From the NCBI GenBank assembly GCA_963749495.1, contig CAVVMW010000006.1, positions 928,001 to 992,000 of the forward strand: a DNA stretch of 64,000 nucleotides. Reading direction: 5' to 3'. Position numbers and translations under genes: made by a program. The stretch's first letter is position 1. Every line of letters begins with the position of its first letter. Origin of the DNA: an uncultured bacterium. GTDB lineage: Bacteria > Verrucomicrobiota > Verrucomicrobiia > Limisphaerales > UBA8199. The notes below the pieces were generated by a model. It was not told where the DNA came from, made no database searches, and was given only the letters and a program-made list of their open reading frames with translations. Of the stretch, positions 19,860-31,024 are shown one piece after another.

Positions 19860-22299
19860 TGGTTCGCTGGCGCGTGCCTCTTGCCCGCGGGCGTCCGGCG
19901 GCGGCGAAGGGTTCGTCGTGCGCGCCTTCCACCGGCCACGATGGAACTCAAGCGTGACCGCCCCGCTGAACCGCGTGTAAATGACCGGGACGCCGCTTTG
20001 TCCCAGCCGGGCGCGCAGTCTGGGGCTGGCGCGCGCGGTGGCAGGATACTCCGAGTCTGCCACCACGATGAGGCGGGGCCGGATGGCCTCCAGCAGGTCA
20101 TCGCCCAGCGCCTCCAGCGCGCCCGGCAGTCCCGTCACGACGATGTCGGCCCGCAGGTCATCTCTGCGGCCCAGCAGGGCATTCTGGCCGGGCCGGCCCA
20201 GGTCCGAGAGCAGCAGGACCCGCGTGCCCTGCAAGTCGCCTCTCAGAACCATCGTGTTGTCGTCGGCCTGGGGGAAGCGATCCCCCGCCTCGGGATGAAG
20301 GACCCGCCACGGCCCCAGCCGCCCGCCGCGACTCAGAATTTGCACCCGCCCGGGCGTCTGGCCGAACGTGGCCACCGCGCGCCGATACGCCGGCGAGCGA
20401 AAGCGCACCGGGCTGACCCAGACCTTCCGGGCGGAGAAGAGGCCGGCCAGCGTCTCGGCTCCGCCGATGTACTGTGAATGGCCATGGGTCAGGAGCAGGT
20501 TCGGCAGCCGGTTGACGCCTTGAGCGCGCAGGAACGGCTTGGTGAGCCATCGCACGGAATTGGTCGAGCCGCAATTGATGAGCAGATCATTCCTCGAACC
20601 GGGGGCGTCGAAATAGATAGCATGCCCGCCCCTGAGCGGCAGGATGGTCAGGCGCATCGCGCAGCCCGCCTGCCAGGCCTGCCAGGACCAGCACGCCGCC
20701 CCGAGGCCCAGCGCGGCCGTGCCCCATACGCGAATCCTGGGCCGGAAGAGCCAGCCCGTGGCCGCCCCCAGCAGGGCCGCGTAGTAGAGCGCGCTGCCCA
20801 AGAGGCTCGGCGCGGCCACATAATAGCAGGCGGCCGGCCAGCGGGCGAACCAATGGCTGCCGACCCGGATGCACTCCATGAGAAACCAGCCCGCATGGTT
20901 GAACAACTCCGCCATGGCGGGAAACCACGGCGTCGTCAGCAAACTGGCCAGGTTGCTCGTCAGCACCAGGGCGCATAGCGGCACGGCTGCCAGGTTGGCC
21001 GGCGTGCTCACCGGCGTCACGACATGGAAATACCAGGCCACCAGCGGCACCGAGCCGACCCACGCCGCAAAGGACGTCAACAGCAGGTCCCCCAGATAGC
21101 GCGCCGGGGCGCGCGCCAGGCGCCGCCAGCGGGGCAGCAATTCCTCCGGCAAGAGCGGGTCGGGCGCCACCAGGCGCGCGGCCCAAAGCCGCAGCGGCGG
21201 CAGCAGCAGGATCAGGCACAGCACCACCAGGAACGAGAGCTGAAAGCCCGCCTGGAAAAGCTGCTCCGGTTCCCAGGCCAGGATGAGCCACGCCGCGGCG
21301 TGCAGCGAATTGAGCAAATCGCTCGGCCGGTTCAGCACCCAGCCCGCCAGCACCACCGTCAGCATCACCGTCGCGCGAATCGCCGAGGCCGGCCAGCCGG
21401 TCAGCGCGACATAGGCCCACATCAACGGGATCAGCACCGCCCCGCTGAGCGGGCGTGGCAAACCCAGGGCGCGGAACAGGCCGAAAAAGATCCCGCAGAG
21501 GATAGCCATGCGCAGGCCGTCGACGGCGAAGATGTGATAGGTGGCGGCGCGAACGAAAGGTTCGGAGACCTCGTCGGTGAGCGCCGTTTTCCAGCCCAGC
21601 GTCAGGGCCCACTCCAGGCGGAGGGACTCGTCCTCGACCGGCAGGCCCCGGGCCAGGGCCTGGCGCGCCCAGGCCCGGAAACGGTCGGCCAGCGGCGGGC
21701 GCGGCGGCGACTTCGAGCACCTGCCAGTCCTGCTCGGAGCCGGCCTGCAATTGATAATAGATCCCGGCCCCCTTCAGGTAAGCCCTGTAGTCGAACAGGC
21801 CCTCCGCCTCGGGCCCCTTGGGCAGGGCGGCCACCCCGGCGATTTCGAGCGTTTGGCCGCCGAACAAATGCTCGAGCGGCCCCGGCGTGCTGACGGCCAT
21901 GCGCCCGCTCGCCGGCTGCCACGGCCCATGGTTGGTGCTGAGCGCCGTGACCTCGACGCGGGCGAGCGTGTGCCACACCTCCGTGTCCCTCCGCTCGAAC
22001 ACCCGCAGCGTGGGTGTCTGGACGAGCGCGCCCCGGACCGAGACGATGGCCGGCTGATCGCCGAGGAGCCGCCGGAGATCGTTTGGAGAAAGCACCGCCC
22101 GGCGCAGCGAGAGGTCCGTCCAGCCGGCCAGGAAAGCCAGCAGGCAGAGCAATGTGGGCCGTGCCCGCGCCCAAGAGAGGGCGGCTGCCGCCAGACCGAG
22201 GCTCGCCCCCAACAGCGCCCAGGGCCTCAAAGGCGCCAGGTCCCCCGCCAGTATCCCGGCGCCGAAGAGCAGGGCGACCAGGACCAGCGGCCGCTTCAT
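19845..22299 (-). CDS. comEC: ComEC/Rec2 DNA uptake channel (frameshift ~21710)
   Basis: FDYRAYL, PASAIRATVM, GFQLSF, degenerate metallo-beta-lactamase LLLTHGH. Confidence 0.92.
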
Positions 22300-22432
22300 G
22301 GCCGCATCAAAACAAGGCCGTGAAGCATAATCAATCAAAAACCCCCGAGGCCCACGCGCGAGCCTTCTAATCGCACCCTTCGCTCTGCTATCATTTGAAA
22401 TGCGGCGGGATAAGGTGCAGGTTGATGAAATC

Positions 22433-25400
22433 ATGTCGAATATTGGGCCTAATGGTCGAGAAGAGTGGATCCTCCGCCAGGCGCAAGAGCGGCCGCCCGC
22501 TGAACGGGCCGCCTTCCTGGACGGCGCGTGCGTGGGGGACCTCGCGCTGCGCCGGCGTATGGAAGGGCTGCTGGCCGCCCCCGAGGGGCTGGACACGCTG
22601 CCCGCCACCCAGGCCGGGAGCGCCCGGCCCACGACCGAACTCGATCTGGCGGATGGTCCGGACGAAGCCGTGGGCCAGACACTGGGCCGGTACAAGTTGC
22701 TGGAGCGAGTCGGGGAGGGTGGGTGCGGCGTGGTCTATGTCGCCGAACAGACGGAGCCGGTCCGGCGCCGCCTGGCCCTGAAGGTCATCAAGCTGGGCAT
22801 GGACACCAAGGCGGTCGTCGCGCGGTTCGAGGCGGAGCGGCAGGCGCTGGCCATGATGGACCATCCCAATATCGCCAAGGTCCTCGACGCGGGAACCAGT
22901 GAAAGGGGCCGGCCTTACTTCGTGATGGAGCTGGTCCGGGGCATTCCGATCACCCGGTATTGCGACCAGAACAACCTCCCCACCAAGCAACGCCTGGACT
23001 TGTTCATCAAAGTCTGCCAGGCGATTCAGCACGCGCACCAGAAAGGCATCATTCACCGCGATATCAAGCCCTCCAACATCCTGGTCACGCTGCACGATGG
23101 GGTGCCGGTGCCCAAGGTCATCGACTTCGGCATTGCCAAGGCGACGGAGGGCCGGCTGCACCGACGCAACGGTCTATACGCAATTGCAGCAGTTCATCGG
23201 CACTCCGGCCTACATGAGCCCGGAGCAGGCGGAGATGAGCGGGCTGGATATCGACACGCGATCGGACATCTACGGCCTGGGCGTGCTCCTTTATGAACTG
23301 TTGGTGGGCAGCACCCCGTTCGACGCGAAGGAGTTGATGGCTTCGGGCATTGACGGGATGCGCAAGACGATTCGGGAGAAAGAGCCTTTGCGCCCCAGCA
23401 CGAAGCTGGCGACGTTGCAGGGCGAGGAACTCACGACGACGGCCAAGCGCCGTTCGGTTGACAGGTCGAAGCTGATACATCAGCTCAAGGGCGATCTCGA
23501 TTGGATTGTGATGAAGTGCCTGGAGAAGGACCGGACGCGGCGTTACGAGACGGCCAATGGCGTGGCCGCCGACCTGCAGCGGCATCTTGACAACGAGCCG
23601 GTGGAGGCCGGCCCGCCCAGCACGATCTACGTTCTCAAGAAGTTCATCGTCCGCAACAAATGGCCGGTAATGCTCAATGCGACGGTCGCGGGGTTGACCT
23701 TCGCCGGCCTGATCGGCACGAGCATCGGGCTTAGGCGCGCCACCGCGGCCCGGATTCAGGCCGACCGGAATGCCGCGCGAGCCGGACAACTGGCGGACGA
23801 AGCCAAGAAGGCGGAAGCATCCGCGCTCAACGAAAAGACGTTCGCGCTGCGCCAGGCCTACTCCGCCGGCATGCTGAGCGCGTCGGACGCGCTGGAGCGC
23901 GGACAGATCGACACGGCGCGGCATTACCTGAATAACGCGCCGGCGGCGCTGCGCGGCTGGGAATGGCGGCACCTCTTCAGCCGGCTGGACATGACTGCAC
24001 GCGTCCACGACCGCCCGCGATCGTTGCTCTCGCAAATCCATGTGCTGCCGGACGGGCGCTCGTACTATGACGTTGGCCAAGAACCTACGGAGGGCATCCG
24101 GCGCTTTGACATCGAAACGGGCCAGTTGCTGGCGACGATCCCTATCGGCCGTTTCTGCTGGCATTCCTGGCTGGTTGCGGGTGGAAAGCAACTGGTCGCG
24201 CAGGTCAGCGATAAGGTGGGGGGCCCCGTGATAGTCGAGGTGTGGGACCTGGAGCGCGGCACGCGACTCTCGGCCCATCCGGTTCCCGCCCTGTTCGAAG
24301 CTGCGCCGGACGGCTCGCGGGTCGCCTACGAGCAGGGGCAAAAGATTCATATCATGGACTCGAGATCGGGCGCGACGCGCGTGTCCCCGACGGCCGTCTG
24401 CATCGCCTCCGTCGGCCAGCCTCCCATCATGTGCTTTCAACCGAATGGACGGCGTTTGGCCGTTTGCAGGTCGTTGGGACAGGTTGCGTTGGTCGACACG
24501 GACTCCCTGGAAATCCTCAGTGCGTTCGAACCCCACAACAATGTGATTCAGACCATGGTGTTCAGTGGCGATTCCCGGTTGCTCGCGACTGGGTCCTTGG
24601 ACCGCACCATACGGGTCACCGACGTCGCCACGAACCCTCCTGCGGCGGTGGCGACGCTGCGCGGTCACGCCGGCTGGGTCACGCGGTTGTGCTTCTCGCC
24701 GGACGGAACGCTGCTGGCCTCGTGGGGTGCGGATCGGACCCTGCGTCTGTGGGATCCACGGACGGGGCTCCTGGGGCGTGTTCCAGGCCAGTGCCTATGG
24801 CGCTGAGCTGAGTTTTCTTCCCGACGGGCAGACTCTGATCAATGGCGATCTCAACGGAGTTCGCTTCTGGGACGTTCGGTCGCCCGACACCTGGGTCCTT
24901 CGCGGACACCGCAGCTACGTCTACCCGCTCCTGTTGTCGCCGGACGGGGCGACGATTTACTCCGGCGGCTGGGACGGCTTCGTCGGTCAGCCCGGGAGCC
25001 TGCGCTTCTGGGATGCCGCCAGCGGCGAACCGATCGCCGCCACGGGGGCCGCGAACTGGTACGTTCGCGCCGCCGCGCTCTCGGCGGATGGCTCGCGTCT
25101 GGCGATCTCGGTCTGCGCGGCCAACGGAACGTTCAGCCGCATTGACATCCTCGACACCGCCACGGGGACGACTGTCGCTTCCGTCCCCGAATTGGGCGGG
25201 AGTCCTTCGCCTATTCCGATCGATTCGCTGGCGTTCGACCCTGCCGCTCAGAACGTCGTATGGATTGACTACCTCCAGGGCGTTGCGCACATTGCGGACG
25301 CCCGGACGGGCGTCATCCGAAAATCGCGGGGAGTGTCCGGCGGCAGCGACATGAACGCGCACGTCGCGTGGAGTCCCGACGGCGCAACCATCGCCGCGTG

Positions 25401-26025
25401 CAACGCGAGCGAGCCCACGCTCGACCTCTTAGACGCAGCCTCGCTGGAGCCGGTTCGCCGTTGGCCGCACGGTCACGGCGGCGTGCTCTGTTCCGTGGCT
25501 TTCAGTCCCGACAGCCGGCGGCTCCTGACGACCTCGGACGATGGGATCGTGCGGGTCTGGGACGCGGCGACCGGCACGCGGCTGCACGACCTGGTCGGAC
25601 ACGCCAGTCGCGTGCTCTGCGCTGTGTACAGTCCGGACGGCAAGCGCATCGCCAGCGGCGGCAACGACAACAACGTGCGCATCTGGGACGCCGAGACGTT
25701 CGAGCCGGTGGCGCGGCTCGGCGCCCACGAAGACTATGTGTATTCGCTGGCGTGGCGGGCCGACAGTCAGCAGCTCATCTCCGGTTCGGGCGACCGCACC
25801 GTTCGCATCTGGGACACGCTGCCGCTGAAGGACCGTGTGCAGGCGCGGCGCGAGCGGCAGGCCATCCTGGCGCAGGTCGAGCCGAGGGTGCAGCAGCTCT
25901 TCGCCGAACTCGGCGACGCCGCCAAGGTCGTCGAGCGGATCAAAGCCGACGCGTCTTTGAGCATGCGCGCGCGACAGGTCGCGCTCCAGGCCGTGCTGCG
26001 GACTTCGCTCGGCCAGACTCGATGA
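22433..26025 (+). CDS. Hanks-type Ser/Thr protein kinase with WD40 repeats (frameshifts ~23160 and ~24770)
   Basis: [36 protein letters not shown], a TM helix and multiple GH...WD repeats. Confidence 0.93.
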
Positions 26026-26041
26026 CCAGACCTTTTCCCAT

Positions 26042-26264
26042 GTAGGGCCTCAGTGAAAGTGGGAGTCACGGGGCCAGACCCCTCACCCCGGCCCTCTCCC
26101 CTTCGGAAGGGGAGAGGGAGGGTTCTCGGTGGCGCTTTGAGCAAGCGCAGACGCCTGGAAGCTCCCGAGACTGCCGACGCTTCTCCCTCTCCCCGTCGGA
26201 CGGGGAGAGGGCCGGGGTGAGGGGTCTGCCCGGCACTCCATCTCCGCCTTCACTGGCCGATTAC
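26042..26264. mobile_element. Second copy of the GTAR-N4-TCAG MITE with 8-9-bp target duplication
   Basis: Ends GTAGGGCCTCAGTGAA and TTCACTGGCCGATTAC; TTTTCCCAT at 26033-26041 and 26265-26273. Confidence 0.85.
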
Positions 26265-26274
26265 TTTTCCCATC

Positions 26275-27057
26275 TCACGGCCGCCAGAGGGCGCGCCAGA
26301 AGTTCATCGCGGCCCCGGAGGGCACGAGGTTGGTGAGGTCGAGGGTGTTGCCGGAGAGAGTATAGGCGGCGGCGGCGCTCCAGGCGGCTAGGTTGGGGGA
26401 GGTCTGGAGGACGTAACGCACATTGGGCTGGGCCTGCAACTGCAGTAAGATCTGGCCGTCCTAGTGGGCGAGCGCCGTCAACTGCGGGGCGGCCGGGGCC
26501 AGCGTGAAGAGCGTCAGCGACAGGGGAGCAAAGCTGTAGTCGAAGGTGGCGCTGGCCGGGGTGAAGCTGTTCGTGGCGATGTCCTGGGCCGGGGCGGGGC
26601 CGTTGGTGCGCGCGGCCTCGTCCTGGGGAGTGCCGAAGGACCGAAGGGTGGCCGTAGTCCCTGGCGTGAAGCCGGCCAGGGAGATGCGGGCATTGAAATT
26701 GGTGGTTGTGTCTTTGTTGAGGACGAGCAGCGAGACGGCGCCGGCGGCGCTCCGGGCTCCGTAGGCGGCGAGCAGGGGATAATCGCTTGTGGCGTCGAGG
26801 ATGCTGTCGCCCGGCTGGGCGAAATAGTGTGCCAGCTTGGCGGCATAAAAGGGCGGGTAGATGGAATCGCTGCCGGAATGCACCGGCGCGGTATTGGCCA
26901 GGTTGTGCGTGCCCCAGCTCCAATCCTGGAAACCGTTGACCAGGTGATCGGTGTAAATGGGCAGCGGGGCCTGGCCCCGAGCCGGGACCGCGACGGCGAA
27001 AAGGACGGCCACGCCAAGGGCGCGGCCCAGGTGAGGGAGAATTCGAGCGAGCTTCAA
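26275..27057 (-). pseudogene. Secreted glycoside-hydrolase-like gene with large internal deletion and in-frame stop
   Basis: Signal peptide plus IYTDHLVNGFQDWSW joins directly (~26860) to YPPFYAAKL...LLVLNKD (GH C-terminal beta-sandwich-like); TAG at 26461-26463 precedes the C-terminal domain. Confidence 0.65.
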
Positions 27058-27060
27058 GAG

Positions 27061-28820
27061 TCAAATCTGGTTCAACGTGTTGGTCACCGTGATGTCCTGG
27101 ACCTTCACGTCCCGGTTGCCGGCCAAGTCGATGCCTTGCTCCCGCACGACCGTCTCGAAGAGGTGCAGCCTTGGGTCGCCGCTCTTGACCACGATGTGCC
27201 TGGCGGCCGGGTCATAAGTGAACCGGTCCCATGGCTGGCCGTCGCGGAGGACCTTCTTTGGTTCGGCCGGCAGCGGCGCCGTCCAGTTTCCATCGGTCTG
27301 GCGCTGCCAGCCCTCGATCAGGTCCGCCCCGCTGATCGTGACCCGCTCGCCCGTCATGGCGCGGACCGTTACGCCCGGCTCCTGGGCCGCAGCGTCTCGC
27401 GATAGACGCCGGCGCGCAGCAGGATCGTCTCGCCCGGTTGCGCCACCGCGCAGGCCCTGGCCAGGCTCGCCAGCGGCACGGCCGGATAGCCCCATGCCGG
27501 CTCGTCGGCCGCCGCGGGATGGCGGGGATCGACGCAGTACACGTTGGGATACTCCAGGGCCCCGATCGTCACGCCGCCCTTGCCCGCGCCGATAGCCGGG
27601 CTGCCTTTCTGCAGGCGGAAATTCCGTTTGGCTGCCCCCACAAAGAGCGGGTCCTGGCCGTTGAGGTTGTTCTGGCCGGGGGCCGGCGAGGTCTTGAACG
27701 TCAGGTTGTACTCGATTGCCGGCCTGGCCGCAGAGAAATCGCTGTCCCCATCGACAACGGCCCGCTCGGCGTCGCAGAGGATGTTGTTGCGGATCTGGCC
27801 GTTGGTGGATTCCTTGCCCCGCAGGCCGATGGCGGCCCACCGCACCGTCGAGATGGTGTTGTTGGCTATCGTCACGTCCAGCGTCTGGATGATGTCCGGG
27901 CCCCAACCTCCGCTCATCGTCGGGGAATTGGCCGACACGATGTTGCCTCGGAACGTCCAGCCCCGGACGCTGCCGATGTGCGGGGCGCTTTCCACCATGC
28001 ACATCTGGTGGAAGTCGAAACAGGTGTTGCGCTCGAAGACCAGGTCCTGCGCGATCTCGTCGTTGACCGTGAACGTCTGGAGGCAATCGACGTGGGCGAC
28101 CCGGATCTCCGAGGAGGTGCTGCCGTGAAAGTAGTTGCAGCGCTCCACGCACCCCTTGCCGAAAAACCTCGAGTAATCGCAGTCGTCGTACCGATTGCCC
28201 GGGGAATACATGAACAGACGGTTCACCTCGTTGTTCTCCACCAGCCAGTCGTCCCCGCCCAAAATGAAGCCATATTCGCTGTGATAGACCTTGTTGTAGG
28301 CGATGTGGTTGTGCGCCACCGCCGAGTAGTCCCGCGCGTTGCCCTCGGGACCCGGCCTTCCGACCGTCCCGGCGACCCCCACCCTCATGTCGTGGACGTA
28401 GTTGTCCAGCACCTCGCAGTGGCTCCCGCCCAATTGCACCGCCACGGCCGGCTTCTGGGCCGTGATCTCGAAACCCTCGACGCCGATCCAATTGGCCTGA
28501 AGGTCGAATCCGCCCACCACAACTGAGCGCCGAGGCATCGCCCGCAGCGTGATCGGCCGGCCCTCCGCGCCGCTGGTTCTGACCTTGAGCCGCTCATCGT
28601 ACTGGCCCGCCATGACAAAGACCATGTCGCCCGGCCCGGCCATGCCGGCCGCGTGCTGGAGGGTCTTGAAGGGCTTTTCCTCCGTTCCCGGGTTGGTGTC
28701 CGCCGCCCCGGGCGCCGCCTGGTCCACCACGTAGCTGGCCGCGCGCGCCCGGCCGGCTGCGCACACCGCCCAGGCCGCGATTATCGGAATGAAACCCACC
28801 GCCATGATCTTCTGCTTCAC
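27061..28820 (-). CDS. Secreted right-handed beta-helix (pectin-lyase fold, DUF1565-like) protein (frameshift ~27375)
   Basis: GAADTNPGTEEKPFKTLQHAA, NN-type repeats, NFRLQKGSPAIGAG, and a second DUF1565-like motif. Confidence 0.8.
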
Positions 28821-28912
28821 CAGGGCAGTGTCATTGGGGCTGTGCCCGATTGCAAGGCACAACCGTCCTCGGCCCGAAATGTGAAAGCCTGGGCTGGGGC
28901 GAGCTTGCGAGC

Positions 28913-29116
28913 AGGGCCGTTGACAAAGTCGTAGCGCAGGTTTCCAAACCTGCCGTATCGCCGATTTCCAAATCGGCAGGGCGTCGGCATATCGAGCGCG
29001 CCCGGTTTGCGGACGGTCTGCGGGTTTGGAAACCCGCGACACAGCAGACTTGGAAGTCTGCGCTACGCTGGCGCCCCCGGCGCACAGGCGCACCGAGCGA
29101 CTTTTCCAATGGCCCT
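28913..29116. mobile_element. MITE-like element with 19-bp imperfect TIRs and 12-bp target duplication, nested in another repeat
   Basis: Ends AGGGCCGTTGACAAAGTCG and CGACTTTTCCAATGGCCCT; GAGCTTGCGAGC at 28901-28912 and 29117-29128; internal GTAGCGCAG...CTGCGCTAC REP-like doublet. Confidence 0.85.
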
Positions 29117-29288
29117 GAGCTTGCGAGCGGAGGCGAGACCCAGGTTATCTTCTTGATTTTCCCGTGGGGAAGGCGGAAGCTATCCATCGCTGGAAAAGGG
29201 GTGCTGCCCTGGCCTGGTCGGAGGGTTGGTGAGCCCAACAGTCCTTTCCTGTGCGATCATGAGACCGGAACCTGATTTGGAGCCACAG

Positions 29289-29585
29289 ATGAAAGCCAAT
29301 CGTTCGATAGTCGTTATTTACGAGGAACCCATCAGGCGCCGCCACGCCCTGGCGTTTTGCGACCAGTTGGCCGAGCGGTTTGCGCACCGTTGCGTTTTTG
29401 ACACGGCCTGGTTGTCCTTCTCGCGCGTGGGGCAGACTCTGGAGGCCGAAGAGGCTGCCCGGAAGGCCAGGCAGGCTGATTGGATCATCGTTGCAGATCG
29501 CTGCGGATATGCGCCTCCTTCACGCCTCGCTGGGCGCCAAAATCCCGGCGGCATCTTGCCACCTTTATTTATTTCCACCGCCTAA
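29289..29585 (+). pseudogene. Small hypothetical protein, probably truncated by a repeat end at ~29495
   Basis: SIVVIYEE...FCDQL...AWLSF...EEAARKARQADWIIVA, then an abrupt non-coding-like tail. Confidence 0.4.
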
Positions 29586-29623
29586 AGTCCGCGCTCCGGG
29601 CCGCTGGTTTCCTTCTGTTGAAT

Positions 29624-30796
29624 TCAGGGCATCGAGGCATGCAGAGGCGTCCCCGCGCTCAACGCCCGCTCGGTCTTGAGCCGGAGTTGGCCGCAGGCGG
29701 CGTCGATGTCGAGGCCTTTCTCGAGCCGCAAGGTTGCGCCGACGTGCTCCCTGGAGAGGGCGTCGAGGAAGGTCTTCTGGGCGGCGGGTGAGGGGCGCTG
29801 CCAGGGGAGGCCCTGGACTGGGTTATAGGGAATGAGGTTTACCTTTGCGTGGAGCCTTCGGGCCAGGGCGGCCAGGGGCCTGGCCTGGTCCGGGTGATCG
29901 TTGACGCCCGCGATGAGGATGTACTCGAAGGTGATGAGCCGGCCCTGTTTTTGGTGGTAGTATTGGGCGGCAGCCGCCAGGTCGCGGAGGGGGTACTTGC
30001 GGTTGACCGGCATGATGCGGTTGCGGATTTCGTCGGTGGCGCCGTGCAGGGAGATAGCCAGGCGGAATTGCAGCGGCTCATCGGCCAGCTTGCGGATCTG
30101 CGGGGCCAGACCGCTGGTCGAGAGGGTGATCTTGCGCGCCCCGATGGCGCCCCCCCAGGGGGCATTGAGGATCTTCAGCGCCTTCATGAGGTTCTCGTAG
30201 TTGGCCAAGGGCTCTCCCATGCCCATGACGACCAGGTTGCTGACCAGGCGCGAGTCGGCGCCGGGGCCGCCCTGAAGCGGCGCCGGGGGCTGGCTCGCTT
30301 CGGGTGCAGGGGCGCGTGCCTCGGCCGCCTGCCTTTGGTTCCAGACCTCGACGGCGATGACTTGGTTCACGATTTCCTCGACGCGCAGGTGGCGCTTCCA
30401 GCCGGCCAGTCCGCTGGCGCAAAACTTGCAACCGTAAGCGCACCCGACCTGGGTGGAGACGCACAGGGTGTGGCGGTCGCTGGGTTCTCCGTAAAGGGCA
30501 GGGTTGGCGGGGATGAGCACGCTCTCGACCAGCGAGGCGTCGTCCAGCCGCCAGAGGAACTTCTCGCTCGTGTCCCTCGAGCCCTGCCTGCGGACCAATT
30601 CGAGCGCGTGGAGGGTGAACTGGCCCCGCAGTTGTTCGCGCAAGCCCTTGGGCAGATTCGTCATCGCTTCCCAGCCGGTCACCCGATGGACATAGAGCCA
30701 TTCGAGCAACTGGGAGAGACGATACGCCGGCTGGCCCCAGGCCCGGAACCAGGTTTCCAACTCTTCGGCGGTTTGCGCTCGGATGTCCGTCAACAC
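29624..30796 (-). CDS. rlmN: 23S rRNA m2A2503 methyltransferase (radical SAM)
   Basis: CVSTQVGCAYGCKFC, MGMGEPL, LAISLH, DIDAACGQL. Confidence 0.97.
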   Translation of the reverse strand: MLTDIRAQTAEELETWFRAWGQPAYRLSQLLEWLYVHRVTGWEAMTNLPKGLREQLRGQFTLHALELVRRQGSRDTSEKFLWRLDDASLVESVLIPANPALYGEPSDRHTLCVSTQVGCAYGCKFCASGLAGWKRHLRVEEIVNQVIAVEVWNQRQAAEARAPAPEASQPPAPLQGGPGADSRLVSNLVVMGMGEPLANYENLMKALKILNAPWGGAIGARKITLSTSGLAPQIRKLADEPLQFRLAISLHGATDEIRNRIMPVNRKYPLRDLAAAAQYYHQKQGRLITFEYILIAGVNDHPDQARPLAALARRLHAKVNLIPYNPVQGLPWQRPSPAAQKTFLDALSREHVGATLRLEKGLDIDAACGQLRLKTERALSAGTPLHASMP

Positions 30797-30841
30797 AACT
30801 CGAGCTTAGTCCATCGGCAACAGAGAATCCACTGTTCCGAA

Positions 30842-30922
30842 CCTTTATCGCAACCTTTGTCGCAGCCTTTGTCGAGCTCAGCCGGATTTCGACAAAGGCT
30901 GCGACAAAGGCTGCGACAAAGG
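30842..30922. repeat. Inverted arrays of a 12-mer (CCTTTGTCGCAG / CTGCGACAAAGG) forming a long hairpin
   Basis: Three units on each arm, directly visible. Confidence 0.85.
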
Positions 30923-31024
30923 TCCTGACATTCACTCAAAGTCCGGTGCAGCAGACTTCCGGCCCGGAGCTTGCGGGACGGGGCCAGTTGGCGCAGAGTG
31001 GAGGGGTTCTGATGAGACGCCACT

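Noticed and set aside
30842..30922. Repeat array as CRISPR
   Set aside because: 12-mer tandem units in inverted arms with no spacers, and no cas genes.
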